A DNA stretch of 64,000 bases from Felixounavirus LF82P1: the sequence record OZ035762.1; one strand, 5' to 3'. This document shows, one piece after another, positions 19,377 to 29,628 of the stretch (position 1 is its first letter; every line of letters starts with the position of its first letter). The translations under genes were made by a program, and so were the position numbers. Below the pieces are notes generated by a model. The model saw only the letters and a list, made by a program, of their open reading frames with translations. It did no database searches and was not told the origin of the DNA.

Positions 19377-21611
19377 ATGATTAAGACAATTAAAAAATCA
19401 AACGGTACAGTAGTAAGCTTTGACCCAGAAAGACTGAATAAGTGGGCATCATGGGCAGATAAACGTGGAATTATCTGGTCAGAAGTCACTATGGAAGCTA
19501 TGAAACGTGTCTATGAGGGTTGCACTACAAAAGAGATGCACCAAGCCATGATTGATGTTTGTGTTGATAAACAAACTCAAGAGTACTCAGATATGGCTGG
19601 ACGACTGCTTTTGGGTATTATCTACAAAGAAGCATTTGGAGGCTTTACTAAGGTTCCTACGCTGGTTACCTTCGTTAAAAATATGGAGAGAGCAGGACTT
19701 TGGGAGAAGATGGACTACTCACAGGAAGAGCTTGAATACCTGCAAGGTTACATTGTGCACTCAAAAGATATATCTTACGGTTATGCAGTCTTGAAACAGT
19801 TCAGAGACAAGTATGGTATCCGTGATATTAAAACGGGAAGACTTTTTGAGTCACCACAATTTATGTTCATGGGTATGGCTATGAAAGCCTTTGAGAAGCA
19901 ACCAAAGCACCGTAGACTGCAAGATGTTATCAAGCTGTACACTTACCTATCTGACCTGAAGATTAACGCTCCTACGCCCTATTTAAACGGGTTAAGAGCA
20001 ACTAAATCAGGTTATGCGTCATGCTGTTTGATTAAGGCAAATGATACTGCTGAGTCTCTTGGTATTGCTGCAAAGGTTGCTTATGATATGACCACAAAGC
20101 AAGCTGGTATTGGTATGCTGATGGAGACACGTACTATTGGTGATGGTATCCGTCAAAATACGATTGAGCACATGGGTAAACTACCTTATTACAAGCTTGT
20201 ACGTTCATCTGTAGAGGCAAACAAACAGAAGAGTCGTGGCGGTTCAGCTAATAACTTCTACACTGCTCTAGACCCGCAGATTGAAGATTTACTGCGTTTG
20301 AAGCACCCTACAACGGTTCCTTCTAAACGTATTAATGAGATGGACTATTCATTCGGCACAAACGATTATTTCTGGCAGTGTGTTCAGTATGATACAGATT
20401 GGTTGCTATTCTCTTACAAAGATGCACCAAAACTCTATGACATGTTCTACACAGCATCTGCTGATGAGTTTGCTATGGCAGTTGGTCATGCAGTACATTC
20501 AGGTGTTAAGCACAGACGAGTCAAGGCTCGTGAAATTGCTAAGCTGTTTATTCAACAGCGTTATGCTACAGGTCGTGTGTATCCATTCTTCACTAACAAT
20601 GCAAACACACATACACCATTTAAAGAACCATTGAAGATGTCAAATCTTTGTATGGAAATTGTGTTGCCAGTGTATGGTTTTGAGAAAGAGACAGACCTTT
20701 ACAGAGACGATGCTGTGAAAGAGGATGGTGAGGTGGCTCTTTGCTTCCTAGCTAGTTTGGTTGCAGGGAGAATTTCAGAAGATGAATACGCTGACGTTGC
20801 TTATTATGCTCTTGCAATGGTTGACTCCGTTATTGACCTTATGGATTATCCGTATCCGTCGATGCGTAACCATGTTCAGAAGCGTCGTTCTGTTGGGATT
20901 GGCCTTACAAATGTGGCTCATTACCTTGCGAAGAACTACGTGAACTACTCTTCACGAGCAGGTAAAACGAAACTTCATGAACTGGCAGAGATGCACTCTT
21001 ACTATCTGCATGAAGCCTCTCTGAGACTTGCTAAAGAGCGTGGCGTTCCAGAGTACATGAAGTTCACTAAGTATCCTGAAGGCTGGGTTCCTCCAAAGAC
21101 AGCTAACAAGAAGATTGATGAAAAGCATGATGCAAAACTACGATATGATTGGGATGACTTAGCACAACGTATCAAAGAAAATGGTGGAATCCGAAACTCT
21201 GTATTAGAAGCTTACATGCCTAATGAGAGTTCTTCACTGGCAACTAATACGACAAATGGCTTGTACCCAATTCGTGACTTTATTTTAACTAAAAAGTCTG
21301 CAACTGGTAACGTGCTGTTTATTGTTCCAGATTATGAAGAGTTGAAGTATGTATATGAAATTGCTTGGGGTATTGACACCTTTGACCTGATTGATTGTTA
21401 TGCAATTGTTCAAAAGTTCACTGGTCAAGCTATCTCTTCAGATTTCTATGTTGACTACGCAAAAGCTAAGAAGGTATCATTGGCTCAAGCTTTGAAGTAC
21501 ATGATTTATGCCAACTCGGTAGGTATGAAAACCATGTACTACCTTAACAGTCGCATTGGTGTAGGTAAATCTGCACTGCAAGATGCTTATTGCGAGGGTT
21601 GTGGTGTTTAG
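19377..21611 (+). CDS. nrdA: ribonucleoside-diphosphate reductase alpha subunit (class I)
   Basis: 744 aa; N-terminal ATP-cone, NLCMEI active-site motif, C-terminal CEGCG. Confidence 0.85.
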   Translation: MIKTIKKSNGTVVSFDPERLNKWASWADKRGIIWSEVTMEAMKRVYEGCTTKEMHQAMIDVCVDKQTQEYSDMAGRLLLGIIYKEAFGGFTKVPTLVTFVKNMERAGLWEKMDYSQEELEYLQGYIVHSKDISYGYAVLKQFRDKYGIRDIKTGRLFESPQFMFMGMAMKAFEKQPKHRRLQDVIKLYTYLSDLKINAPTPYLNGLRATKSGYASCCLIKANDTAESLGIAAKVAYDMTTKQAGIGMLMETRTIGDGIRQNTIEHMGKLPYYKLVRSSVEANKQKSRGGSANNFYTALDPQIEDLLRLKHPTTVPSKRINEMDYSFGTNDYFWQCVQYDTDWLLFSYKDAPKLYDMFYTASADEFAMAVGHAVHSGVKHRRVKAREIAKLFIQQRYATGRVYPFFTNNANTHTPFKEPLKMSNLCMEIVLPVYGFEKETDLYRDDAVKEDGEVALCFLASLVAGRISEDEYADVAYYALAMVDSVIDLMDYPYPSMRNHVQKRRSVGIGLTNVAHYLAKNYVNYSSRAGKTKLHELAEMHSYYLHEASLRLAKERGVPEYMKFTKYPEGWVPPKTANKKIDEKHDAKLRYDWDDLAQRIKENGGIRNSVLEAYMPNESSSLATNTTNGLYPIRDFILTKKSATGNVLFIVPDYEELKYVYEIAWGIDTFDLIDCYAIVQKFTGQAISSDFYVDYAKAKKVSLAQALKYMIYANSVGMKTMYYLNSRIGVGKSALQDAYCEGCGV

Positions 21612-21666
21612 TTTTAACAATTATGAGGGTCGTAAAAGACCCTCTAAAAATAACTTTGGAGAGACC

Positions 21667-21924
21667 ATGAAAGATTTAATAGAAAAACATGAGCGACCAA
21701 TATACTTGCTCTACAAACCCCGCAAAACATTGTACTATGTGAGCAGCACAGGTATCATGATAAAGCAGAATGATGACTTATGGGTCACTGGAGCCTCTTA
21801 TATCTCTACAGCAGATGGTAAAATTTACGCAAGACCTTATGAGATGTTTAACAAAGAAAATTGGGAAGTTTTAGACAGAAAACAAGCCTTAGAAATGATA
21901 AAGAAAGGAGAAATCACGCTATGA
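21667..21924 (+). CDS. hypothetical protein
   Basis: ORF track trimmed to ATG after nrdA stop. Confidence 0.35.
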   Translation: MKDLIEKHERPIYLLYKPRKTLYYVSSTGIMIKQNDDLWVTGASYISTADGKIYARPYEMFNKENWEVLDRKQALEMIKKGEITL

Positions 21925-22994
21925 TTAACCAGCACCCAATCTTTTTAGGTGGTGAGAGAAAAACTTTTGACTCACTTAATAAACACTACCCAAAAATCTT
22001 TGAACTTTATAAACAACAAAAAGCACAAGACTGGTCAGAAGATGAGTTCCCTTTTGAACAATCACGTCTTGATTTTGAGAGTGTCCCAGCATCAATGTCA
22101 GGTGTAATGCTTGAGATTCTTAAGTGGCAGTGGGAAGCAGATACTCAAGTTGCTAAGAGCTTGGCATTTGCCTTTGCACCATTTATCTCTGATGACATCT
22201 ATGCAACTGCAATTATGAAGCAGTCTGAGATTGAAAACCTACATGCCCTTACTTACTCAGAGATTGTAAGGCAATGTATTAAAAACCCTGAAACAATCTT
22301 AGATGAGATTAACCAGAATGTTGCTGTGCAAGACCGATTAAAAACTGTGAATCGTGTTCTTGAAGAATTACTGGATGAAGGTATAAACTATCGTCTGAGT
22401 TATGTGCGTGATTCACTTCTGGACAAAGACCCTTTACACTTCCATAAAGTGATTCTGAAAGGGCTGTTTGCAGTGACTGCACTTGAAGGTATATCTTTTA
22501 TGGCATCCTTTGCATGTACTTTTGCACTTGATGCTCAAGATAAATTTCAGGGTATTGCTCAAGCTGTGCAGAAGATTATGCTTGATGAAATCCTTCACAC
22601 TAAAATTGATATTGAAGTTTTAAAAGAAACTTTAAGAGATGATGAGTGGCAGAAAGCTTTTCAACAAATTCTTCCAGAGATTAAAGTAATCTTAGATGAA
22701 GTAGTTGAAAGTGAAGAGAAATGGTCGTATTATATCTTCTCCGAAGGACGTGCTGTAGTTGGCTTAAATACAAAGCTTCTTCATGAGTGGGTTTACTATA
22801 ATGCTGCCCCACTGTATGATATGTTTGGCATTCCCAGAGATTTTGTAGCTCCTAAAGAACCACCTTTGAAGTACATGATTAAGAAGATGGAAATTGATAA
22901 AGAGCAGAATGCTAATCAGGAGCAACAGAACGGTGCGTACCTATTGAATACTGTTGTAGATGATTTGAATAGTGGATTTTTAGAGGTTCCTTAA
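21921..22994 (+). CDS. nrdB: ribonucleoside-diphosphate reductase beta subunit
   Basis: di-iron/tyrosyl-radical protein features; start at ATG 21921 with AAAGGAG RBS; directly follows nrdA. Confidence 0.8.
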   Translation: MINQHPIFLGGERKTFDSLNKHYPKIFELYKQQKAQDWSEDEFPFEQSRLDFESVPASMSGVMLEILKWQWEADTQVAKSLAFAFAPFISDDIYATAIMKQSEIENLHALTYSEIVRQCIKNPETILDEINQNVAVQDRLKTVNRVLEELLDEGINYRLSYVRDSLLDKDPLHFHKVILKGLFAVTALEGISFMASFACTFALDAQDKFQGIAQAVQKIMLDEILHTKIDIEVLKETLRDDEWQKAFQQILPEIKVILDEVVESEEKWSYYIFSEGRAVVGLNTKLLHEWVYYNAAPLYDMFGIPRDFVAPKEPPLKYMIKKMEIDKEQNANQEQQNGAYLLNTVVDDLNSGFLEVP

Positions 22995-23236
22995 TGACTT
23001 ATGTAATTTACTCCAAAACTGGATGCCCTCAGTGCGAGACTGCAAAGAATTTTGCAAAAGCTCGTGGTATTGACCATGTTGTGAGAATGTTAGGGCAGGA
23101 CTATGAACTATCAGACCTGATTGATATTGCACAGATGCCAGTTCGTCAGATGCCATTCATCATGAAAACTGATGGGCAAAACCTAAAACCTGTTGGTACG
23201 CTACAGAATTTTATGGCAGAGGTGAATAATGCTTAA
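22994..23236 (+). CDS. glutaredoxin-like (NrdH-type) redoxin
   Basis: 80 aa; CPQC active site near N-terminus; between nrdB and nrdD. Confidence 0.6.
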   Translation: MTYVIYSKTGCPQCETAKNFAKARGIDHVVRMLGQDYELSDLIDIAQMPVRQMPFIMKTDGQNLKPVGTLQNFMAEVNNA

Positions 23237-23435
23237 ACGCATTTGGGAAGGTTTGGTTGTTGATGCACCAGCTATTGTGATTGGTATGCTTATCGTTAAC
23301 CTATTTACTGATTTTGAACAAGGTTCATTGTTTGGAGCCATGTTACTATGGGTTATCTTTGAAATATTAGAGATACAGTTAGGCATCACTGAAAAACTGA
23401 GAAAACTCGTTTCTAAGTTTTCTAAAAAGATTTAG
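23229..23435 (+). CDS. small membrane protein
   Basis: 68 aa hydrophobic. Confidence 0.35.
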   Translation: MLKRIWEGLVVDAPAIVIGMLIVNLFTDFEQGSLFGAMLLWVIFEILEIQLGITEKLRKLVSKFSKKI

Positions 23436-23440
23436 AATGA

Positions 23441-23465
23441 AAGGGTCTCTTCGGAGACCTTTTTA
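23441..23465 (+). terminator. rho-independent terminator
   Basis: AAGGGTCTC-TTCG-GAGACCTT + T-run. Confidence 0.6.
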
Positions 23466-23483
23466 GCATGTAAAGGGGCAATA

Positions 23484-25628
23484 ATGAACAAAGTACAGAT
23501 TATTAAAAAGAACGGCTCACTTGAAGAACCTGATATCAAAAAAGTTTTAGCAGCAGTAGCTAAGTCAGCTAACAGGGTTGGATATAAAGAACTTCCACCA
23601 GATGTTACCCAAGCTCTTGAGTCAGCATTCATGAGGATTTTGGTAAAGTCCACTAAGCAGAATAATTTGCTTATCTCGGTAAATGATATTCACAGTATTG
23701 TTGAAGGTGCTTTGGCAGAAGTTAATCACGAGATTTATGAGTCTTACTCAACATACAGAAATTACCGTAAAGAGGTTGCTCAAAATTGGGATGAACTCTA
23801 CCAGAAGACTAAAGATACACTCTTCTTAGGTGACCGTGAAAATGCTAACTTTGACAGCAGTTTAATTTCTACGAAAGGTTCAATTATCCGTGGTTACCTG
23901 ACTAAAGAAATCTTTAAACAGTACCATTTAACACCAGAGGAACTTGAAGCCATTGAAAAAGGATTTATCTATATCCATGATTTAAGAGACCTAATTTTTG
24001 GTGGTATCAACTGTTGCCTGTTTGACATTGGTAAAGTCCTGAAAGGTGGCTTTGAAATGTCTGGCATCGAATATTGTGAACCAAAGTCTGTACTGTCGGC
24101 CTTACAGGTTATAGGTGACGTAGTTCTTTCAGCAACTGCACAGCAATTTGGTGGTTTTACTTTAGCAGAGATTGATAAGGTACTTGTGCCGTATGCTAAG
24201 AAGTCTCTACGCTATCATGCTGAGAAAGCAGCATCTTATGGTATTCCTAAAGAACATTACCACAATTATGTCATGGAGCAGCTACAGATTGAACTGACTC
24301 AAGGTTTCCAGTCACTTGAAATGAAACTAAACACTGTACCTTGTAGCCGTGGGGATTTTGCATTCACAACTTTGACATTCGGGCTACTTGACTCAGATAT
24401 GTCCAATGAAGATAACCGACTGCAATATATGATTGCAAGTACTCTCCTAGATGTTCGTATGAATGGACAAGGTAAGAGCAAGAAACCTGTTGTATTCCCT
24501 AAACTGGTTTATATTTATGACCAGAAGAGACATAATGAGAATATCTGTCAAGGCCACCTGTACAGTAAAGCTATAGAGTGTTGCTCTAAAGCGATGTATC
24601 CAGATTTCTTAAGTGTATCTGGTCATGGTGCTGTAGCAGAGGCTTTTGAGCGTTCTGGCAAGGTTATTTCGCCGATGGGTTGCCGAGCGTTCTTATCTCC
24701 GTATCTTAACGAGAATGGGGAAGAGTTCTACGTTGGTCGTGCTAACATTGGTGCTGTATCTTTGAACTTACCAATGATTTACCAGTATTCTAAAGAGAAT
24801 GGTTTAGATTTCTGGAAAGAGCTTGATAAGTACCTAGAGATGATTCGCAGTTTCCACAAGAAACGCTACGAAATGATTGCTAATATGCCAGCAAGTTCTA
24901 ACCCTCTTGCATTCACACAAGGTGGTCTGTACAAAGGGACTAAGAAACCTACTGACAAGGTTGGTTGGGATATCGTGAAGTCCTTCACAGCTTCTTTTGG
25001 GGTTACTGCTCTTGATGAACTGTCTGTTCTTGCTGAAGGTAAACGACTTCATGAAGTTGGAAGATATAGTTTTGCATACGATGTTCTGGAATACATCAAC
25101 ATGAAAACTGAAGAGTTTAAGAACGAAGATGGCTTCTTGTATGCGGTATATGGCACTCCAGCAGAATCACTTTGTGGAACTCAGTTAAAACAGTTCAGAG
25201 ATATGTTTGGCGTTATTAAAGGTGTCTCTGACAAGGAATACTTTACAAACAGTTTCCATATGAATGTTGCAGCAGACATCTCACCATTTGAGAAGCAGGA
25301 CTTAGAAGAGCCATTCTTCCATATCTGTAGAGGTGGCAGAATCCAGTATGTAAGGGTAGCTAACCCAGAAAACTTAACAGCACTTAAAAGTTGTATTACC
25401 AGAGGGATGTTGAAGGGTTTTTATCAGGGACTTAACTTTGACTTAGCAATCTGTGAACATTGTGGTAACAGACCAAAGGCTGATGTTGAAGAATGTGAGG
25501 TTTGCCATTCACATGATATCTCTGTGATTAACAGGGTGTGCGGGTATCTTGGGTGGACCAAGATTAAAGGTGAATCCCGAATGAACGATGCAAAAATCGC
25601 TGAGATTCGTGATAGAGTCTCTATGTAA
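23484..25628 (+). CDS. nrdD: anaerobic ribonucleoside-triphosphate reductase
   Basis: 714 aa; C-terminal Zn ribbon CEHCG..CEVC and glycyl-radical motif RVCGYLG. Confidence 0.85.
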   Translation: MNKVQIIKKNGSLEEPDIKKVLAAVAKSANRVGYKELPPDVTQALESAFMRILVKSTKQNNLLISVNDIHSIVEGALAEVNHEIYESYSTYRNYRKEVAQNWDELYQKTKDTLFLGDRENANFDSSLISTKGSIIRGYLTKEIFKQYHLTPEELEAIEKGFIYIHDLRDLIFGGINCCLFDIGKVLKGGFEMSGIEYCEPKSVLSALQVIGDVVLSATAQQFGGFTLAEIDKVLVPYAKKSLRYHAEKAASYGIPKEHYHNYVMEQLQIELTQGFQSLEMKLNTVPCSRGDFAFTTLTFGLLDSDMSNEDNRLQYMIASTLLDVRMNGQGKSKKPVVFPKLVYIYDQKRHNENICQGHLYSKAIECCSKAMYPDFLSVSGHGAVAEAFERSGKVISPMGCRAFLSPYLNENGEEFYVGRANIGAVSLNLPMIYQYSKENGLDFWKELDKYLEMIRSFHKKRYEMIANMPASSNPLAFTQGGLYKGTKKPTDKVGWDIVKSFTASFGVTALDELSVLAEGKRLHEVGRYSFAYDVLEYINMKTEEFKNEDGFLYAVYGTPAESLCGTQLKQFRDMFGVIKGVSDKEYFTNSFHMNVAADISPFEKQDLEEPFFHICRGGRIQYVRVANPENLTALKSCITRGMLKGFYQGLNFDLAICEHCGNRPKADVEECEVCHSHDISVINRVCGYLGWTKIKGESRMNDAKIAEIRDRVSM

Positions 25629-25637
25629 AACTTGACA

Positions 25638-25677
25638 AGGTGATGTGGGTCTTGATAGGCTTACATCACCTTTTTTA
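25638..25677 (+). terminator. rho-independent terminator
   Basis: GGTGATGT...ACATCACC hairpin + TTTTTT. Confidence 0.55.
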
Positions 25678-25782
25678 TTGGATGTTAGATATGGCAGAGA
25701 GTATTATTGGGTTGTTCATAGGTTCTGTCTTACTAGGGTTCTTTTTAGGACTCTCTTATTGTGAATTGAAAGGTAAGTTAAA

Positions 25783-25983
25783 ATGTTTAAGATATCAAAA
25801 GCGTTGATATACATACTCCATATTCTAGTCTTCTTCTTTGGGGTTAGTGTTATGGTATGGGGTTTTTCAGACCCACAATGGGGTTTCTCATATCATGGTC
25901 AGATGGATTTATGGTCATGCTTCAAGCCATTTTTAGGGTTAGTCATAGCATTCAGTGCATTGCCAACTAAGGTGAAATTATGA
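25783..25983 (+). CDS. small membrane protein
   Basis: 66 aa, two hydrophobic segments. Confidence 0.35.
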   Translation: MFKISKALIYILHILVFFFGVSVMVWGFSDPQWGFSYHGQMDLWSCFKPFLGLVIAFSALPTKVKL

Positions 25984-26375
25984 TTAAGTTGAACAAAAAA
26001 CAGTTAGAGTGGATTAAAGATTATGCCTCAGAGTGTGGCTCTTGCGAAAAGAATCACGTAAGATATTCAACATTCCATACGACCTTCACATTGTACATCA
26101 GCGACAACGTTCTAAGTGATTCTGTAGAAGATGGTGTAGCATTGCCTAATGAATTGCTTGACAAATTAGCTGTAGTCACTGGAACTTGGTCTGAAGAAGA
26201 CGGTCATGAACTATCTAACGATGTTGTTTTCTACAGTCTTGAAAATATTATGAATCCAGAGTACATTATGCTAATGACTTGCGCACAAGATTGTGTACCA
26301 TTACAAAACTTCATTAAAGAACACTGTGAAGAATTTATTACTAAACAGGTTCCTTGTCAGGTGGTGTTTGAATGA
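25980..26375 (+). CDS. hypothetical protein
   Basis: ORF track 131 aa. Confidence 0.45.
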   Translation: MIKLNKKQLEWIKDYASECGSCEKNHVRYSTFHTTFTLYISDNVLSDSVEDGVALPNELLDKLAVVTGTWSEEDGHELSNDVVFYSLENIMNPEYIMLMTCAQDCVPLQNFIKEHCEEFITKQVPCQVVFE

Positions 26376-26671
26376 GTAAAACAATTCGAAGAAAAGGTTT
26401 AAAGAACGTTCATGGACTCTATGAGTGGAGAAATGAGGTACGTAACAGAGAAAATGCTTCAGATGTCTACTTCCATTCTGATATGATGTCCAGAAAAGGT
26501 GGCTCTTATGACTTTACAAGTCAACCTTGTAGGGAGATTAAGAAGGCTACTAAACGTCTTACAAGAACACAAATCAGGCAGCTTTCTAAGACATCCTTCT
26601 TAGATGAAGACTTTGACATTGATAGCAAGTCTCCAAAGAAAGCTGCTAAGAACACTTATATGTATTGGTGA
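26372..26671 (+). CDS. hypothetical basic protein
   Basis: ORF track 99 aa. Confidence 0.45.
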   Translation: MSKTIRRKGLKNVHGLYEWRNEVRNRENASDVYFHSDMMSRKGGSYDFTSQPCREIKKATKRLTRTQIRQLSKTSFLDEDFDIDSKSPKKAAKNTYMYW

Positions 26672-26680
26672 GGTAACTAG

Positions 26681-27166
26681 ATGAATTACATGGAGATTCG
26701 ACCATTTGACACAGCTAATGGTGAAGGGGTTCGTGTAAGCCTCTTCGTAGCTGGTTGTAAGCATCACTGTGAAGGTTGTTTTAACAGGGAGTCTTGGAAG
26801 TTTAATGCTGGTAAAGAGTTCACTTATGCAAACCTTTATGGCATCATTAAGTTAATGGATGATAATGCCATCAGTGGGCTGTCAATACTTGGTGGAGAAC
26901 CTCTGGATGATAGAAACATTCAAGAGGTTACCAACATATGCAAACGTATTAAAACCGTTTACCCAGAAAAATCTATCTGGCTCTGGACAGGTTTTCAGTT
27001 ACATGAAAAAATTCACCTTGATGTGATGAAATATGTTGACGTGGTGATTGATGGTAAGTATGATTCGTCTAAACCAACAGTTAAACCATATCGTGGTTCT
27101 GATAACCAAAACCTCTGGAGAAAAGAGTACGGATGGCAAGGTGATTGTCAGTGGAGAGCAGAGTGA
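26681..27166 (+). CDS. nrdG: anaerobic RNR activating enzyme (radical SAM)
   Basis: 161 aa; CKHHCEGCFN radical-SAM cluster motif. Confidence 0.75.
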   Translation: MNYMEIRPFDTANGEGVRVSLFVAGCKHHCEGCFNRESWKFNAGKEFTYANLYGIIKLMDDNAISGLSILGGEPLDDRNIQEVTNICKRIKTVYPEKSIWLWTGFQLHEKIHLDVMKYVDVVIDGKYDSSKPTVKPYRGSDNQNLWRKEYGWQGDCQWRAE

Positions 27167-27262
27167 TTATTCTGGCAAATGGACTAAGGTATAACTCCAA
27201 TTGGTATCACTGAAGAAGAACTTCATAAGTTCTGTATTAAACTTTAATGAGAGAGACTAAAA

Positions 27263-27529
27263 ATGGGAATTTTAGGTAATATGAAAGCTGGATTCTTGAA
27301 GGCATTGGCAAAAGCAGCAGCAATTGTTTCTATGACTGGAAAGCAGGTCGGTGTAGATGCTTCAGCGGTTGCACAGGTTCTTACAAGCCAAATTGAACAG
27401 CAGCCTTACATCTACGTAGGGCGTGGTAAAGGTGGTAAGAAACAAGCCCACCGCCAATCTGGTGCAGCAGCTATTAAACGAGCAGCTAAGAAAGCTCGTA
27501 ACCGTAAACGTAATAAGAAGGCTAAATAA
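27263..27529 (+). CDS. small protein with strongly basic C-terminus
   Basis: 88 aa; C-terminal KRAAKKARNRKRNKKAK. Confidence 0.4.
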   Translation: MGILGNMKAGFLKALAKAAAIVSMTGKQVGVDASAVAQVLTSQIEQQPYIYVGRGKGGKKQAHRQSGAAAIKRAAKKARNRKRNKKAK

Positions 27530-27531
27530 TC

Positions 27532-27852
27532 ATGAGCAAAGTTTATAACACTCGTAAATTACAGATTTTCTTACTGTGCCAGTTTATGGCTAGAGAGCAT
27601 AACTCCTACTATTGTGGTACAGGATTCATTAGTGATAATGATGGCTCATATCTCCCATTCAAAGAGGCTGTAAAACTCTTCAATGAAGAGAAAAGCTCTG
27701 AGAAAGATATTGAAAAGGTTAAATTAACCTATAGTAAGAAAGACAAGAAGATTATCTGCCTAGATAACTTTGTGAAAGTTACCAAAGAAACTAAAGAGTT
27801 AATGGAAGAAAGTGAAATTCCATTCACAAGAATCTTGAAAGTAGCTCAGTAA
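27532..27852 (+). CDS. hypothetical protein
   Basis: ORF track 106 aa. Confidence 0.4.
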   Translation: MSKVYNTRKLQIFLLCQFMAREHNSYYCGTGFISDNDGSYLPFKEAVKLFNEEKSSEKDIEKVKLTYSKKDKKIICLDNFVKVTKETKELMEESEIPFTRILKVAQ

Positions 27853-27865
27853 GCAGATACTATAA

Positions 27866-27889
27866 GGGAACTGTAAAGGTTCCCTTTTT
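27866..27889 (+). terminator. rho-independent terminator
   Basis: GGGAAC-TGTAAAG-GTTCCC + TTTTT. Confidence 0.6.
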
Positions 27890-27903
27890 ATTTTGGAGAT
27901 AAC

Positions 27904-28419
27904 ATGTATCTGTCAAACCTGAAACGTTCTGCTGCAATGTCAGTGTTAAGACTCAGTTTTGATGAGCGTCAAGAGTTTATAGACTCCCACAAATATGACC
28001 CTTCAAATTCTAATCACATGGTTCTTTGGAATCGTGATAACTTCCGTGAAAGAGCACTTGTCCGTTATTACCCACACTACACAATAGATAACCTGTATGA
28101 ATGGTGTGTTGTGAAGAACACCATTGCAACACTGAACAATCTTTGCAGGTATACGGGTAAGCAAACATTTACATTAGGTCATCACAAACCTGTTACAAAA
28201 GGTGGTGAACATCACTGTGCAAACTGGTTTATCCAAACTAAAGCTGATAACCAGAAGCAAGGAGATAGCCTCCTAAGTATCCCTAAGATGACCTATGAAG
28301 AGCAAGAGAAATATATCAAAAATAATATGCCAGATGTGCTTGACAACAACTATACAGATTTGGCAATATCTCTCCTGTTGAAGTTCGAGACAGTTTATAG
28401 GGCAACTTATAATGGCTAA
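27904..28419 (+). CDS. HNH endonuclease
   Basis: 171 aa; LGHHKPVTKGGEHHCANWFIQTKADN HNH-like motif. Confidence 0.5.
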   Translation: MYLSNLKRSAAMSVLRLSFDERQEFIDSHKYDPSNSNHMVLWNRDNFRERALVRYYPHYTIDNLYEWCVVKNTIATLNNLCRYTGKQTFTLGHHKPVTKGGEHHCANWFIQTKADNQKQGDSLLSIPKMTYEEQEKYIKNNMPDVLDNNYTDLAISLLLKFETVYRATYNG

Positions 28420-28690
28420 AGAAAAGTGGGAGATTTTACCATTAGTCAGTGAAGGAGGTAATGGTTGTGAAATGTACATGATACGTGGTCATGTTCCAGA
28501 GCCAATTGCACTTGAGATGGTAAACAACTTTACAGATGGTTCTTACAAAGACTTAGGCGAACCAACTGTCAAGCAACAATGGGTTAAACCTGTACCAGAC
28601 AGCACAGGTAACTGTAGTGTACTTTATCACGTTGTAGACCCTGCAAAATGCAAATCTGCAATGGCAGTAACAAACGTAACTTTTGATTGA
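28412..28690 (+). CDS. hypothetical protein
   Basis: ORF track 92 aa. Confidence 0.4.
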   Translation: MAKEKWEILPLVSEGGNGCEMYMIRGHVPEPIALEMVNNFTDGSYKDLGEPTVKQQWVKPVPDSTGNCSVLYHVVDPAKCKSAMAVTNVTFD

Positions 28691-29583
28691 GAGAGAAAAC
28701 TATGAAAACATCTATCCGTGTTACAGTTCATTCACCAACTAAAGGAACTCATGAAGAAGAGTTTAACATCATCCAATTTCCTTCTGGTGAGATTGGTGGA
28801 CACTTTTCGCCAGAGTTTGTTGATTTCACTGCTTATGCAGCATCATCCATCAACAATGTGATTATGATTGTAAAAGGTTATGATAAGGATACATTGTTTG
28901 CTGTGGCACTTGCTAAAGAAGCAATTGATGATTTAATTCCTCATGATTATGCTTTAAAGACTGTCATCTTTTACTACTTACCAAATGCACGTTATGACCG
29001 TCACATGTTTAAAGGCGACGCAGCAGCTTTAAAGGTTTTTGCTAAACAGGTAAATGCAATGGGATTTGGTGCAGTCTGTGCAGTTGACCCTCACAGTTAC
29101 GTTCCAGATAACCTGTTTAACTGCTTCCAGAGTATTCCTCAAAAGGAGATTGCAGTCCACTATGCAAATGACCCACTGGTTGATTACTTAGTAGCCCCAG
29201 ATGCAGGTGCTGCTAAGAAGGTTGCAGAGACCGCTAAAGAGGTGGATAAACCATATATCACAATGTCTAAGGTGCGTAACCTTAAGACTGGTGAAATTAC
29301 TGGTATGCGAATCCTTGATGATGTTGATTTGACAGATAAAACCGTCATGATTCTGGATGATATCTGTGATGGTGGTCGAACCTTCATAGAAGCAGCTAAG
29401 CATCTTCGTGAAGCAGGTGCAAAACGTGTGGAACTCTATGTAACACATGGTATCTTCTCTAAAGATGTTGAAAACCTTCTTGACAATGGCATTGACCACA
29501 TCTACACTACAAACTCTTTAGGGGAAGCTAAAGACCGTGGCTTAACACATTATGGTCAAGTTACTGTAGCAAACCTTGATTGA
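28687..29583 (+). CDS. ribose-phosphate pyrophosphokinase-like (Prs fold; possible ADP-ribose pyrophosphokinase of NAD+ reconstitution pathway)
   Basis: 298 aa; PRTase-type motif VMILDDICDGGRT and PDAGAAKK; adjacent to NAMPT-like gene. Confidence 0.65.
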   Translation: MREKTMKTSIRVTVHSPTKGTHEEEFNIIQFPSGEIGGHFSPEFVDFTAYAASSINNVIMIVKGYDKDTLFAVALAKEAIDDLIPHDYALKTVIFYYLPNARYDRHMFKGDAAALKVFAKQVNAMGFGAVCAVDPHSYVPDNLFNCFQSIPQKEIAVHYANDPLVDYLVAPDAGAAKKVAETAKEVDKPYITMSKVRNLKTGEITGMRILDDVDLTDKTVMILDDICDGGRTFIEAAKHLREAGAKRVELYVTHGIFSKDVENLLDNGIDHIYTTNSLGEAKDRGLTHYGQVTVANLD

Positions 29584-29592
29584 AACTTTATA

Positions 29593-29613
29593 GGGGCTTA
29601 AAAGCCCCATTTT
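29593..29613 (+). terminator. hairpin / weak terminator
   Basis: GGGGCTT-AAA-AGCCCC then ATTTT. Confidence 0.4.
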
Positions 29614-29628
29614 GAGAGAGATTAAAAG

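Noticed and set aside
19377-25628. Group I introns or inteins in nrdA, nrdB, nrdD (as known in some large phages)
   Set aside because: All three reading frames are continuous with expected lengths and no internal stops or structured inserts were seen.
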